Notes under the pieces: model-generated
Told to the model about the DNA's origin: nothing
Seen by the model: the letters and a program-made list of their open reading frames with translations, nothing else
The model's database searches: none
Assembly: GCA_965204925.1 (NCBI GenBank)
Contig: OZ242021.1
Coordinates: forward strand, 1,653,500-1,717,499
Length of the DNA: 64,000 nucleotides
DNA from: Candidatus Poriferihabitaceae bacterium
Lineage (GTDB): Bacteria; Pseudomonadota; Gammaproteobacteria; Arenicellales; Poriferihabitantaceae
Reading direction: 5' to 3'
Part shown: piece by piece, positions 56,120 to 64,000 of the stretch
Layout: each line of letters begins with the position of its first letter
Position numbering within the stretch: position 1 is the stretch's first letter
Program-made: the position numbers and the translations under genes

Positions 56120-58981
56120 TCAACCAAATGTCTGTTGCCAGATCTCTTTCACCGCCTGCCTCTCGACCCGCAAGGCCTCCCGTTCAACGAGAACCGGCCG
56201 GTCCATCAGTTTCAGGTCCAGCGAATGGCGCAGACAGGCGCGATAGCTGGACAGCAGCCTCTTGCCGACCGCTGCGTCAATAATGCCGTGGGCAATGAGC
56301 GCTTCGATCGAATCCGTCGTCGTCCGCGGTTCAGTCAGCTGCGGGCAGGCGTGGGCATGGCGCAGAATCCAGTACTGAATCAGGAACTCTATGTCGACGA
56401 TGCCGCCTTCATCAAGCTTGATATCGATCATCCGCTCCGTTGACTTGCAGTTTTCACGAATCATCCTGCGGCGCATGCCGGTAATGTCATCGGCCAGTTG
56501 ACGCGGGTTGCGTTCCATCTCCAGAATCTTTCTGCGCGCCTGCTCGAAACGTTTGATCAGACGCGCGTTGCCAACTACGATGCGGGCGCGCACCAGGGCC
56601 TGATGCTCCCATGTCCAGGCATCATGGATCTGATAGTCGAGGAATCCCGAAAGAGAAACGGCGAGGGCGCCGCTGCGCCCGCCCGGACGCAACCGCATGT
56701 CTGTTTCGTAAAGGAGTCCGGCCTGGGTTCTGGCGCCAAGCAGATGTCCCAGCCTTTGCCCCACACGACTGTAGAAATACTCGGCATGACCCCTGGGGAC
56801 GGGGTTGTCCGCCAGCGCCGGATCATGACAGACCACGATATCGAGGTCCGAATGATAGCCGAGCTCGCCGCTGGCGAACTTGCCATAGGCGATCACCCCG
56901 CCAGTGCAGGGGGGCGCCCCCTGCTTGCCTTCGACAAACCGCACGGCATCACCAAATACATGGTTCAGCAATACTTCCGCCAACTGCGTAAGCGCCCGGT
57001 GGACATCCTCCACGCCCAGCGCCTTCGATACGTCTGCCGCCGCAATTCGCAGCGTCTGGGCATGTTGAAACTCACGCAACGCATCGCTGCGGCTTTCTGC
57101 ATCATTTGCGTCCAGCTGGGACAGTCGATGATCGAGTTCACTTTCCAGCGCCCGCTCATCCCGGTTACGGATATCAATGATCGGATGAAGCAATTCATCA
57201 AGGACTACCGGGTGAAGACCGATATGCCTTGAGATCCATGGACTGGCAGCGCATAAATGCAGCAGTTGTCTGAGGGCGATCGGATTCTCGATGAGCAGGC
57301 TGAGATACGCCGAACGCCGTCCTATCGATTCGATCACACGGATAAACGCCGCCATTGTGCGTCCGGCATCGTTATGGACGCTGGCTTCCTTTAACGCCAG
57401 TGGTATCAGGCGGTCTATGCGGTCGCGCTCGATTCCGGAGAAGGCCTGATAAAGCCTGCCTTCCCGGAACGCCTTCAATAACTGCGGGGTTGGGCTTGAG
57501 GGCCCGAACCCGGTGCGCGCCAGAGCCTCAAGGGACTGCGCCTCGTCCAGTTTTCCCTGCCACAGGGCTGCCAGTTGGCTTTGTCCGTTATTACTGCCCG
57601 GTGAATCCGCCGCTTCATCCAGAATCATGCGGAACTGGTTGTGTACCAGATTGCGGTGCGCATCCAGTCGTTCGACATAATGTTCCCAGCGGTCAAAGCC
57701 CATGCTCCATGCCAGCCGTATGCGGTCGTCCGCTGATTGCGGCAGCATTTGGGTTTGCTGGTCGCGAAACATCTGTAAACGGTGCTCGCTGTTGCGAAGA
57801 AAACGGTAGGCTTCGATCAAACCGCTGCGCGCCTCATGATCGATCACTCCCAGTTTTTCAAGGGCCGCGGCGGCCGCATACAGGGACGGGGTTTGCAGGA
57901 CATGTTCACGACCACCCCGGATCAATTGATGACTTTGAATGAGGAATTCCACTTCCCGGATACCGCCGCGGCCGAGTTTGATATTCCGATCGGAGCCGGT
58001 CTGTTCAAGCTCGCGTTCGATCAGGCCTTTCATCTCGCGGATAGAATCGAATGCGCCGAAATCAAGGTACTTGCGGTAGATGAACGGCCTCAGGATAGCG
58101 AAAATTTCCCGTCCGGCATTGTTGTCACCGGCTATCTGGCGGGCCTTGATCAATGCGTAGCGCTCCCAGTCGCGGCCGTGGGTCTGGTAGTAGTGTTCCA
58201 GCGCGGGAGCGGACAATACCAGGGGGCCGTGACTGCCATTCGGGCGCAAGCGCATATCAGTGCGGAACACGAAGCCGTCCGTTGTCACCCGGGCCATCGC
58301 CGAGATTATTTTCTGTCCCAGTTTCGTGAAGTAGACCTGGTTGTCCGTGCTGTCCTGCCCCGCTTTCGGGGCCGTATGTCCCGGATGATCATAGGCAAGG
58401 ATCAAATCCACGTCGGAGGAGTAGTTGAGTTCTGAACCGCCCAGTTTACCCACTCCCAGCGCCACCATTGAAGCCGGTTCTCCATTGACTCCGAATGGCT
58501 TGCCAAGCCTTTCCGACAACCACCGGCAATGGCGCTCAAGAGCGGCGCCGATAGCCTGTTCCGCAAGCGTGGACAGGTCACTCATCGTTTCTTCAAGGCT
58601 GGAAAACCCTGCCAGATCCCGCCAGGCAATCCTCACCATCTCGCGGCGCCGTATCTGGCGCAATTTTCGGTGCAGCGTTTCCTCATCGGTACAGGATGCG
58701 GCGTCCTCTGCGATCATGCTGCGGTAGCTGTCGGCAGAGTACGACCTGTCGAGGTCTCCGCTTTCCAGCAGGTCAATCAACAGCGCGGGATCGGAAATAC
58801 AGGTCTGGCTGATGAAATCACTGCAAGCCCACACTTCTTCCAACTCCGTTCGGGACTGGCAGCGACGGAACGATTCAGCCCTGCTTTTGACCAGACCGCT
58901 GCGGGTCATCGCTTCTGTGAATCGTTGCCATTTTCGTCCGGCATCCTGTGCCAGCGTTCGCGGCAGGGCGGGCAGGGTCAC
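56120..58981 (-). CDS. glnE: Glutamine synthetase adenylyltransferase
   Basis: Two NT domains GKLGGSELNYSSDVD and GKFASGELGYHSDLD; DMRLRP twice; KLGRGGIREVEF. Confidence 0.96.
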   Translation of the reverse strand: MTLPALPRTLAQDAGRKWQRFTEAMTRSGLVKSRAESFRRCQSRTELEEVWACSDFISQTCISDPALLIDLLESGDLDRSYSADSYRSMIAEDAASCTDEETLHRKLRQIRRREMVRIAWRDLAGFSSLEETMSDLSTLAEQAIGAALERHCRWLSERLGKPFGVNGEPASMVALGVGKLGGSELNYSSDVDLILAYDHPGHTAPKAGQDSTDNQVYFTKLGQKIISAMARVTTDGFVFRTDMRLRPNGSHGPLVLSAPALEHYYQTHGRDWERYALIKARQIAGDNNAGREIFAILRPFIYRKYLDFGAFDSIREMKGLIERELEQTGSDRNIKLGRGGIREVEFLIQSHQLIRGGREHVLQTPSLYAAAAALEKLGVIDHEARSGLIEAYRFLRNSEHRLQMFRDQQTQMLPQSADDRIRLAWSMGFDRWEHYVERLDAHRNLVHNQFRMILDEAADSPGSNNGQSQLAALWQGKLDEAQSLEALARTGFGPSSPTPQLLKAFREGRLYQAFSGIERDRIDRLIPLALKEASVHNDAGRTMAAFIRVIESIGRRSAYLSLLIENPIALRQLLHLCAASPWISRHIGLHPVVLDELLHPIIDIRNRDERALESELDHRLSQLDANDAESRSDALREFQHAQTLRIAAADVSKALGVEDVHRALTQLAEVLLNHVFGDAVRFVEGKQGAPPCTGGVIAYGKFASGELGYHSDLDIVVCHDPALADNPVPRGHAEYFYSRVGQRLGHLLGARTQAGLLYETDMRLRPGGRSGALAVSLSGFLDYQIHDAWTWEHQALVRARIVVGNARLIKRFEQARRKILEMERNPRQLADDITGMRRRMIRENCKSTERMIDIKLDEGGIVDIEFLIQYWILRHAHACPQLTEPRTTTDSIEALIAHGIIDAAVGKRLLSSYRACLRHSLDLKLMDRPVLVEREALRVERQAVKEIWQQTFG

Positions 58982-59252
58982 GCCGGGATCACTGTGGTGA
59001 CTTCAATTTGCATGACCCGTTCGGGGCGGCCAGAGCGTTTACGACCAGTCCGGTAAAGACTGGATATACATCCTGCAACTATTTTCCGATAGCGCTCGTG
59101 TGTCGGGGGCATGCTTTGGACTCCTGATTTTTTCCCTGGCAAGTGCGCGAGATCTGTTCTCCCAAGCATATCACGCCGGGCGTTCGTTTGCTCGCTGCAC
59201 AGCATCAAATTACCGCTTGCAAATCGTGCAATCTGTTTATACAGTGATTGCC

Positions 59253-59930
59253 ATGATTGAGGCAGACGATTTTCCGGATATTGTCGAGGCATCCGGTCTG
59301 CTGGCGGCCGGCGGGGATCTGGCCCCGCGGCGCCTGTTGTTCGCATACAGCAAGGGAATCTTTCCCTGGTATAACGAGAATCAGCCGATTCTGTGGTGGT
59401 CTCCCGACCCCCGCTGTGTGCTTGTGCCTGAGCGCTTCCATCGTTCCAGGAGCCTGCTCAGGTCAATCCGGTCTCAGGGCTTCCGTTTCACTCTTGATAC
59501 AGCGTTCGATCGGGTCATCCGGGCTTGCGCGCAGCCATCCGGGAGACGTCCGCAAACATGGATCAACGAGGACATGATCGCGGCCTATACTCGCCTGTAC
59601 CGCCTCGGCTTTGCCCATTCGGTGGAGACCTGGAAAGGGGAGCGTCTGGCAGGCGGCCTGTATGGCGTTGCCATTGGCAGGATATTTTTCGGAGAGAGTA
59701 TGTTCAGTTCGGTCAGCGATTCGTCCAAGGCGGCCTTGAGCTTTCTGGCGGCGAGGCTGGATGAGACGGGCTACGATCTGATCGACTGTCAGGTCACTTC
59801 CGACCATCTGCTCAGCCTCGGAGCCGAAGAAATTCCGCGCGACGAGTTCATCGCAAGGCTGGGGCGGGCATGCGGCCGCCGCATCCGTCCGGGGAAGTGG
59901 CCGACCAACTGGATTTGCAAACATGAATGA
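59253..59930 (+). CDS. aat: Leucyl/phenylalanyl-tRNA--protein transferase
   Basis: GLLAAGGDL, GIFPWY, WWSPDPR, AHSVETW, FFGESMFS, IDCQ. Confidence 0.95.
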   Translation: MIEADDFPDIVEASGLLAAGGDLAPRRLLFAYSKGIFPWYNENQPILWWSPDPRCVLVPERFHRSRSLLRSIRSQGFRFTLDTAFDRVIRACAQPSGRRPQTWINEDMIAAYTRLYRLGFAHSVETWKGERLAGGLYGVAIGRIFFGESMFSSVSDSSKAALSFLAARLDETGYDLIDCQVTSDHLLSLGAEEIPRDEFIARLGRACGRRIRPGKWPTNWICKHE

Positions 59931-59971
59931 GGTATGTTGTGCAAACTCAATAACCAATAGAGGAAATACCA

Positions 59972-60811
59972 ATGAATATCAAAAATTATCTGGTTGCCGC
60001 ATCGACTGCGGCCGTGTTGTCATCATCGGCGGCCGCGCACGCCGAACAATGCACCAATGATACCTGGAACAAAATCATGTCTCGCGGCAAGGTCGTGGTC
60101 GGGGTAAAAGCGGATTACAAGCCCTGGGGGTTCCGTAATGCCGATGGCGAGATTGTCGGCATGGAGGTGGATATCGCCAGGTTGGCAGCAGAAAAAATGG
60201 GCGTGGAGCTTGAATTGGTCGCGGTGCAGTCGTCCAATCGTATGCAGTTTCTGGAGCAGGGCAAGACTGACCTGTCGATCGCAACGATGTCGGACCGCCC
60301 CGATCGCCGCAAAATTGTTGGCATCATTCATCCGAACCACTATACCTCCGGCACCAATATCATGTCGCCCAGGGCGCTGGGATTCAAAAGCTGGGAAGAC
60401 TTGCGCGGGAAAAATGTCTGCGGCAAACAGGGCGCTTTCTACAATAAGGTCGTGACCGAGCGTTACGGTGTCAATGTGATTGCCTTTACCGGAAACGCCG
60501 AAGCCAAACAGGCTCTGCGTGATAAAAAATGCGTCGCCTGGGTTTATGATGACTCATCGATCGGTTCCGATCTGGCGTCCGGAAACTTTGATGATTTCGA
60601 AATGCCTCTCAACTCGGAAGATGACAATCCCTGGGGAATTGCTGTACCGCTGGCCGAACGTGACTGCATATTCGGCAACTTCATGTCGGGTCTTGTCTTC
60701 AATATGCACCAGACCGGCCAACTGATTGAACTGGAAAAAGCCTGGGGTATTCAGGCGACCCAATATCTGGTTGACAAAAAAGATCAATATGCCGACTGGC
60801 TTGCTGAATAA
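59972..60811 (+). CDS. Polar amino acid ABC substrate-binding protein
   Basis: Signal peptide; VGVKADYKPWGF, NRMQFLEQGK.D..IATM. Confidence 0.9.
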   Translation: MNIKNYLVAASTAAVLSSSAAAHAEQCTNDTWNKIMSRGKVVVGVKADYKPWGFRNADGEIVGMEVDIARLAAEKMGVELELVAVQSSNRMQFLEQGKTDLSIATMSDRPDRRKIVGIIHPNHYTSGTNIMSPRALGFKSWEDLRGKNVCGKQGAFYNKVVTERYGVNVIAFTGNAEAKQALRDKKCVAWVYDDSSIGSDLASGNFDDFEMPLNSEDDNPWGIAVPLAERDCIFGNFMSGLVFNMHQTGQLIELEKAWGIQATQYLVDKKDQYADWLAE

Positions 60812-60829
60812 CCCCCGGTAAACGGGCAG

Positions 60830-60860
60830 AACGGGGCGCGGGCAAACGGCGCCCCGTTTT
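60830..60860 (+). terminator. Hairpin with short T tract after the substrate-binding gene
   Basis: AACGGGGCGC-N9-GCGCCCCGTT followed by TT. Confidence 0.65.
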
Positions 60861-60863
60861 CGC

Positions 60864-61640
60864 TTGTGCGAGGTGAGTGGATTGCTTGAGGTCATCACAG
60901 AGTTCTTTATCCGGTTCGCCGAACAACATCCGCGCTGGAATTTCATATTCTTCTATGACCCCCGCCAGTGGAACCGCATCGTCAGCGGTTTCCAGTATAC
61001 CGTATGGTTATCGGCTGCCTGTCTGGTCTTTTCGGTCGCTATCGGCGTGATCGGGGCGTGGTTGCAAGGCGCCCGTAACTTCCTGGTGCGGAGTCTTGTG
61101 CAGGGCTATATCCAGTTTTTCCGTAATACCCCGCCCTTCATTCAGCTTCTGTTCTTCTATTTTGCGCTGGGTCAATTCACTCCAACGGTTACGGGCGCCG
61201 ACGGCTGGACTGAAACTCCACTGATATCCAGTGTTGGCTGGGCCATTATTTCGCTGTCTTTCTTTGCCGGAGCATTCAATGTGGAAATATTCCGCGCCGG
61301 AATCGAGGCGGTGCCGGAATCCACCGTTGAAGCGGCGGAATCCCTGGGGTTTTCGAGATTACAGACGTATTCGAATGTGGTTCTGCCTTTGGCGTTCCGG
61401 GTTTCCTTGCCGGCGCTTGGCAATAATCTCGTCAACCTCGTGAAAACGACAACCCAGGCGATTGGAATCGCGGTGCCGGAACTGCTATACCAGTGTGTCG
61501 GCATCTGGAACGATTTTCCCAGCGCCCTTTATCCGACCATGCTGGTTTTGTTCGTCTCGTTCGTATGTCTGGTAGGCTTGCTGGTATTTGCCATGGGCAG
61601 ATGGGAGCGGGCCATGAAAATACCCGGTTATGGGGTATGA
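60864..61640 (+). CDS. Amino acid ABC permease
   Basis: FRNTP..IQL, EIFRAGIEAVP, EAAESLG; start uncertain. Confidence 0.9.
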   Translation: MCEVSGLLEVITEFFIRFAEQHPRWNFIFFYDPRQWNRIVSGFQYTVWLSAACLVFSVAIGVIGAWLQGARNFLVRSLVQGYIQFFRNTPPFIQLLFFYFALGQFTPTVTGADGWTETPLISSVGWAIISLSFFAGAFNVEIFRAGIEAVPESTVEAAESLGFSRLQTYSNVVLPLAFRVSLPALGNNLVNLVKTTTQAIGIAVPELLYQCVGIWNDFPSALYPTMLVLFVSFVCLVGLLVFAMGRWERAMKIPGYGV

Positions 61641-62532
61641 CGTGCTGAATCACAGCATTCCCGGCGTCCATTCCCGGGGCGGCACGGACCTGCCGGTGTT
61701 GAAGGCGGTGGACTGGTCCCGAGTTCATGACCCGCTGGGTTTTTCGCGCTGGCTTGCCTCCATGCCCTTTTATTTCTGGCTGATCCTCGTCCTGATCGTA
61801 TTGCTCTGGCCATGGGTAGCGCTGGCGCAGTCCCGATATACCTACGGAGAAGCCTTCGATGCGCTGTTGAAGTGGCTGCCATTTCTCGTTACCAGGGGAT
61901 TTTTGTTCAACGTCCTGATTTCGCTGATTACGATGACGATTGCCACGGTTGCCGGAGTGGTTTTGGGTCTTGCCCAGATTTCTCCGCGGCGCCTGATCAG
62001 ATGGCCGGCGAAGTTCATTACCCAGACATTCCGTAACTCTCCCTGGCTGGTGATTTTGTTTATTGTGTTGCTGGTTCTGCCATTCGAGGTCGTCATTGGC
62101 GGCGTCGTCATTCGTATCCCGGACTGGATGAAGGCGATATTCGGACTCTCGTTGCCGGTAATGGCAAATATTTCCGAGATTGTACGCGGTGGTGTCCTGT
62201 CTGTGCCAGGCGGTCAATGGGAGGCGGCGGAGTCGCTCGCCTGCACGCGCCATCAAACATTATGGAAAATCATCCTGCCACAGTGTTTCAAGCGCATGAT
62301 CCCGCCCTGGATGAACTGGTATGCGATACTGACCATGGCCACCCCGCTGGTGTCATTGCTTGGCGTGGAAGAACTGATTACGCTTTCACGCCAGGCCATG
62401 GAAGCGGAAAACAATCACCCGGAGTTGCTGGCGCCGTTTTACACTTTTGCATTGCTCATATTTTTCGCTTACTGTTACCCGATTGCCCGAGCAACGATCG
62501 CGCTGGAACGCAAGTATGCCGTCAGGTTCTGA
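61630..62532 (+). CDS. Amino acid ABC permease
   Basis: FRNSPWLV, EIVRGGVLSVP.GQWEAAESL, IILPQ; start uncertain. Confidence 0.9.
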   Translation: MGYDVLNHSIPGVHSRGGTDLPVLKAVDWSRVHDPLGFSRWLASMPFYFWLILVLIVLLWPWVALAQSRYTYGEAFDALLKWLPFLVTRGFLFNVLISLITMTIATVAGVVLGLAQISPRRLIRWPAKFITQTFRNSPWLVILFIVLLVLPFEVVIGGVVIRIPDWMKAIFGLSLPVMANISEIVRGGVLSVPGGQWEAAESLACTRHQTLWKIILPQCFKRMIPPWMNWYAILTMATPLVSLLGVEELITLSRQAMEAENNHPELLAPFYTFALLIFFAYCYPIARATIALERKYAVRF

Positions 62533-62541
62533 TATTCGACT

Positions 62542-63300
62542 ATGACCGAAGCTGGTAAATGGACTCCTGATCAGCCGATTGTTTCAATTCGCGATGTACA
62601 CAAGTCCTTTGGCGCCCTTGAGGTGCTGAAGGGGATCAGCATGGATGTCATGAAAGGAGAGGTGGTCTGCATTATCGGCCCGTCAGGGTCGGGCAAATCG
62701 ACCCTGATTCGCTGTATCAATGCACTGAATACGATACAGAGCGGCTCCATTTTAGTCGAAGGGCAGGAGGTGCATGCCCCTGATCTTGACAAACTGGAGT
62801 TGCGAAAAAAAGTGGGCATGGTTTTCCAGCAGTACAACCTGTTTCCCCACAAGACCGCTCTGGAAAATGTCATGATGGCGCCGTTGATGGTGCTCAAACA
62901 GGACAGAAAAGAGGTGGAAATCCGGGCCAGGGATCTGGTCAGGAAAGTGCGGCTGGAAGGCAAGGAAGACAGCTATCCCGGAGAATTGTCAGGAGGGCAG
63001 CAACAGCGGGTAGCGATCGCCCGGTCATTGGCCATGAATCCCGATGTGATGTTGTTTGATGAGGTTACAGCTGCGCTGGATCCCGAAACGGTGAAAGAAG
63101 TGCTGGTAACAATCAAGGATCTCGCCGCCGAAGGTATGACCTGTATCCTCGTCACCCATGAGATGGGATTCGCCCGTGAAGTCGCCGACCATATCTACTT
63201 TACCGACCGCGGCGTCATCGTGGAACACGGGACGCCGTCCACTTTTTTCAGCGATGCCAACGATCCCCGCACGCGGGAGTTCCTGAGCCAGATTCTGTGA
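62542..63300 (+). CDS. Amino acid ABC ATP-binding protein (GlnQ-like)
   Basis: GPSGSGKST, LSGGQQQRVAIAR, FDEVTAALDPE, VTHEMGFA. Confidence 0.95.
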   Translation: MTEAGKWTPDQPIVSIRDVHKSFGALEVLKGISMDVMKGEVVCIIGPSGSGKSTLIRCINALNTIQSGSILVEGQEVHAPDLDKLELRKKVGMVFQQYNLFPHKTALENVMMAPLMVLKQDRKEVEIRARDLVRKVRLEGKEDSYPGELSGGQQQRVAIARSLAMNPDVMLFDEVTAALDPETVKEVLVTIKDLAAEGMTCILVTHEMGFAREVADHIYFTDRGVIVEHGTPSTFFSDANDPRTREFLSQIL

Positions 63301-63305
63301 CCGCG

Positions 63306-63509
63306 TCAGTCGTCTCCGCCAATGAAGTCCTGGCCGACTGTAAAGTCGAATATACGGTCAAGCTGAAACTCGCCGATCAAGCGGTCTACGGCTTTCTGGC
63401 CATGTTCCCTGGCCACTTCGGTCAATATCAGTTGCGCCGAATGACGATTGTAGGAGCCGCCAAAGTCGGCCTGTACCTTGAGCAGTTGGCGCGCCTTGTC
63501 GAGGGTCAT
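63306..63509 (-). CDS. Small hypothetical protein
   Basis: 67 aa MTLDKARQLL..GG.YN...LIL.EV.REHGQ; 11 bp downstream of pfk on the same strand. Confidence 0.65.
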   Translation of the reverse strand: MTLDKARQLLKVQADFGGSYNRHSAQLILTEVAREHGQKAVDRLIGEFQLDRIFDFTVGQDFIGGDD

Positions 63510-63520
63510 CTTCAGGCCGG

Positions 63521-64000
63521 CTACAGATTGAAGTCCGCTTTCAGTTTTTTCGCGACCGGACGGTTCCGCAAGCGCACGTAATCGGGCAGACCGTTTCTAT
63601 AGGGCGGGTAGTCTTCCCCCTGTATGAGCGGCAGCAGATAATCGCGGCATTCGCGGGTGATGCCGAAGCCGTCTGCGCTGATAAAGTTTTGCGGCATCTT
63701 TTTCTCCACATTGGCAACTTGCCCAAGGTCCGTTTTCCCGATTTCCCAGCGATAGGGGTGGTTGCTCACGCGAACGATTGTCGGCATAACCGCATTTTCT
63801 CCGTTGAGCGCCAGTTCGACCGCAGCCTTGCCCAACTCGCAGGCCTGGTCAACATCGGTTTTCGAAGCGATGTGGCGGGCAGAGCGTTGCAGATAATCTG
63901 CAACAGCCCAGTGGCATTTGTAGCCCAGACGCTGTTTCACCCTGTCCGCGATCACCGGAGCGACGCCGCCGAGCTGGGCGTGGCCGAAAGCGTCAACCCG
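63521..64000 (-). CDS. 6-phosphofructokinase (PPi-dependent type), C-terminal part; runs off the window
   Basis: DAFGHAQLGG, DYLQRSARH.AS.TD, VANVEK, YL.PLIQGE. Confidence 0.9.
   Translation of the reverse strand, partial: RVDAFGHAQLGGVAPVIADRVKQRLGYKCHWAVADYLQRSARHIASKTDVDQACELGKAAVELALNGENAVMPTIVRVSNHPYRWEIGKTDLGQVANVEKKMPQNFISADGFGITRECRDYLLPLIQGEDYPPYRNGLPDYVRLRNRPVAKKLKADFNL

Noticed and set aside
1..64000. tRNA, rRNA or riboswitch genes
   Set aside because: None recognised by eye in the short intergenic regions; an Infernal/Rfam scan would be needed to exclude them.

Overview
This window looks like GC-rich gammaproteobacterial chromosome (glnE-ilvE-zf-CHCC-waaF, aat, folE, PPi-type pfk). 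It is rich in transporters: a Liv-type ABC system with a hydantoin/allantoin racemase, two TRAP systems and a polar amino acid ABC system. It also holds a Cfa/DUF1365/FAD-oxidoreductase/chalcone-isomerase lipid-modification cluster resembling the furan fatty acid pathway, a circularly permuted ATP-grasp/alpha-E/transglutaminase operon, and a plant-type SABATH methyltransferase directly downstream of folE. The most striking part is a 12.7 kb defence locus (40991-53648). Four intact core genes (DUF499 ATPase, small accessory protein, DUF1156 adenine methylase, PLD-SNF2 helicase) enclose about 2.9 kb of stacked and decaying cargo. That cargo comprises a frameshifted hypothetical + ComEC-like MBL pair, a dead copy of the methylase 5' end, a start-less remnant of a toxin-like gene, higBA with a broken toxin, and a REP-like palindrome. 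Two other islets share the layout small gene + small membrane/coiled-coil gene + truncated DNA methyltransferase. An IS sits at the left edge, apparently 3 bp upstream of the ABC operon start codon. All family assignments come from motif recognition by eye; no database searches were run.
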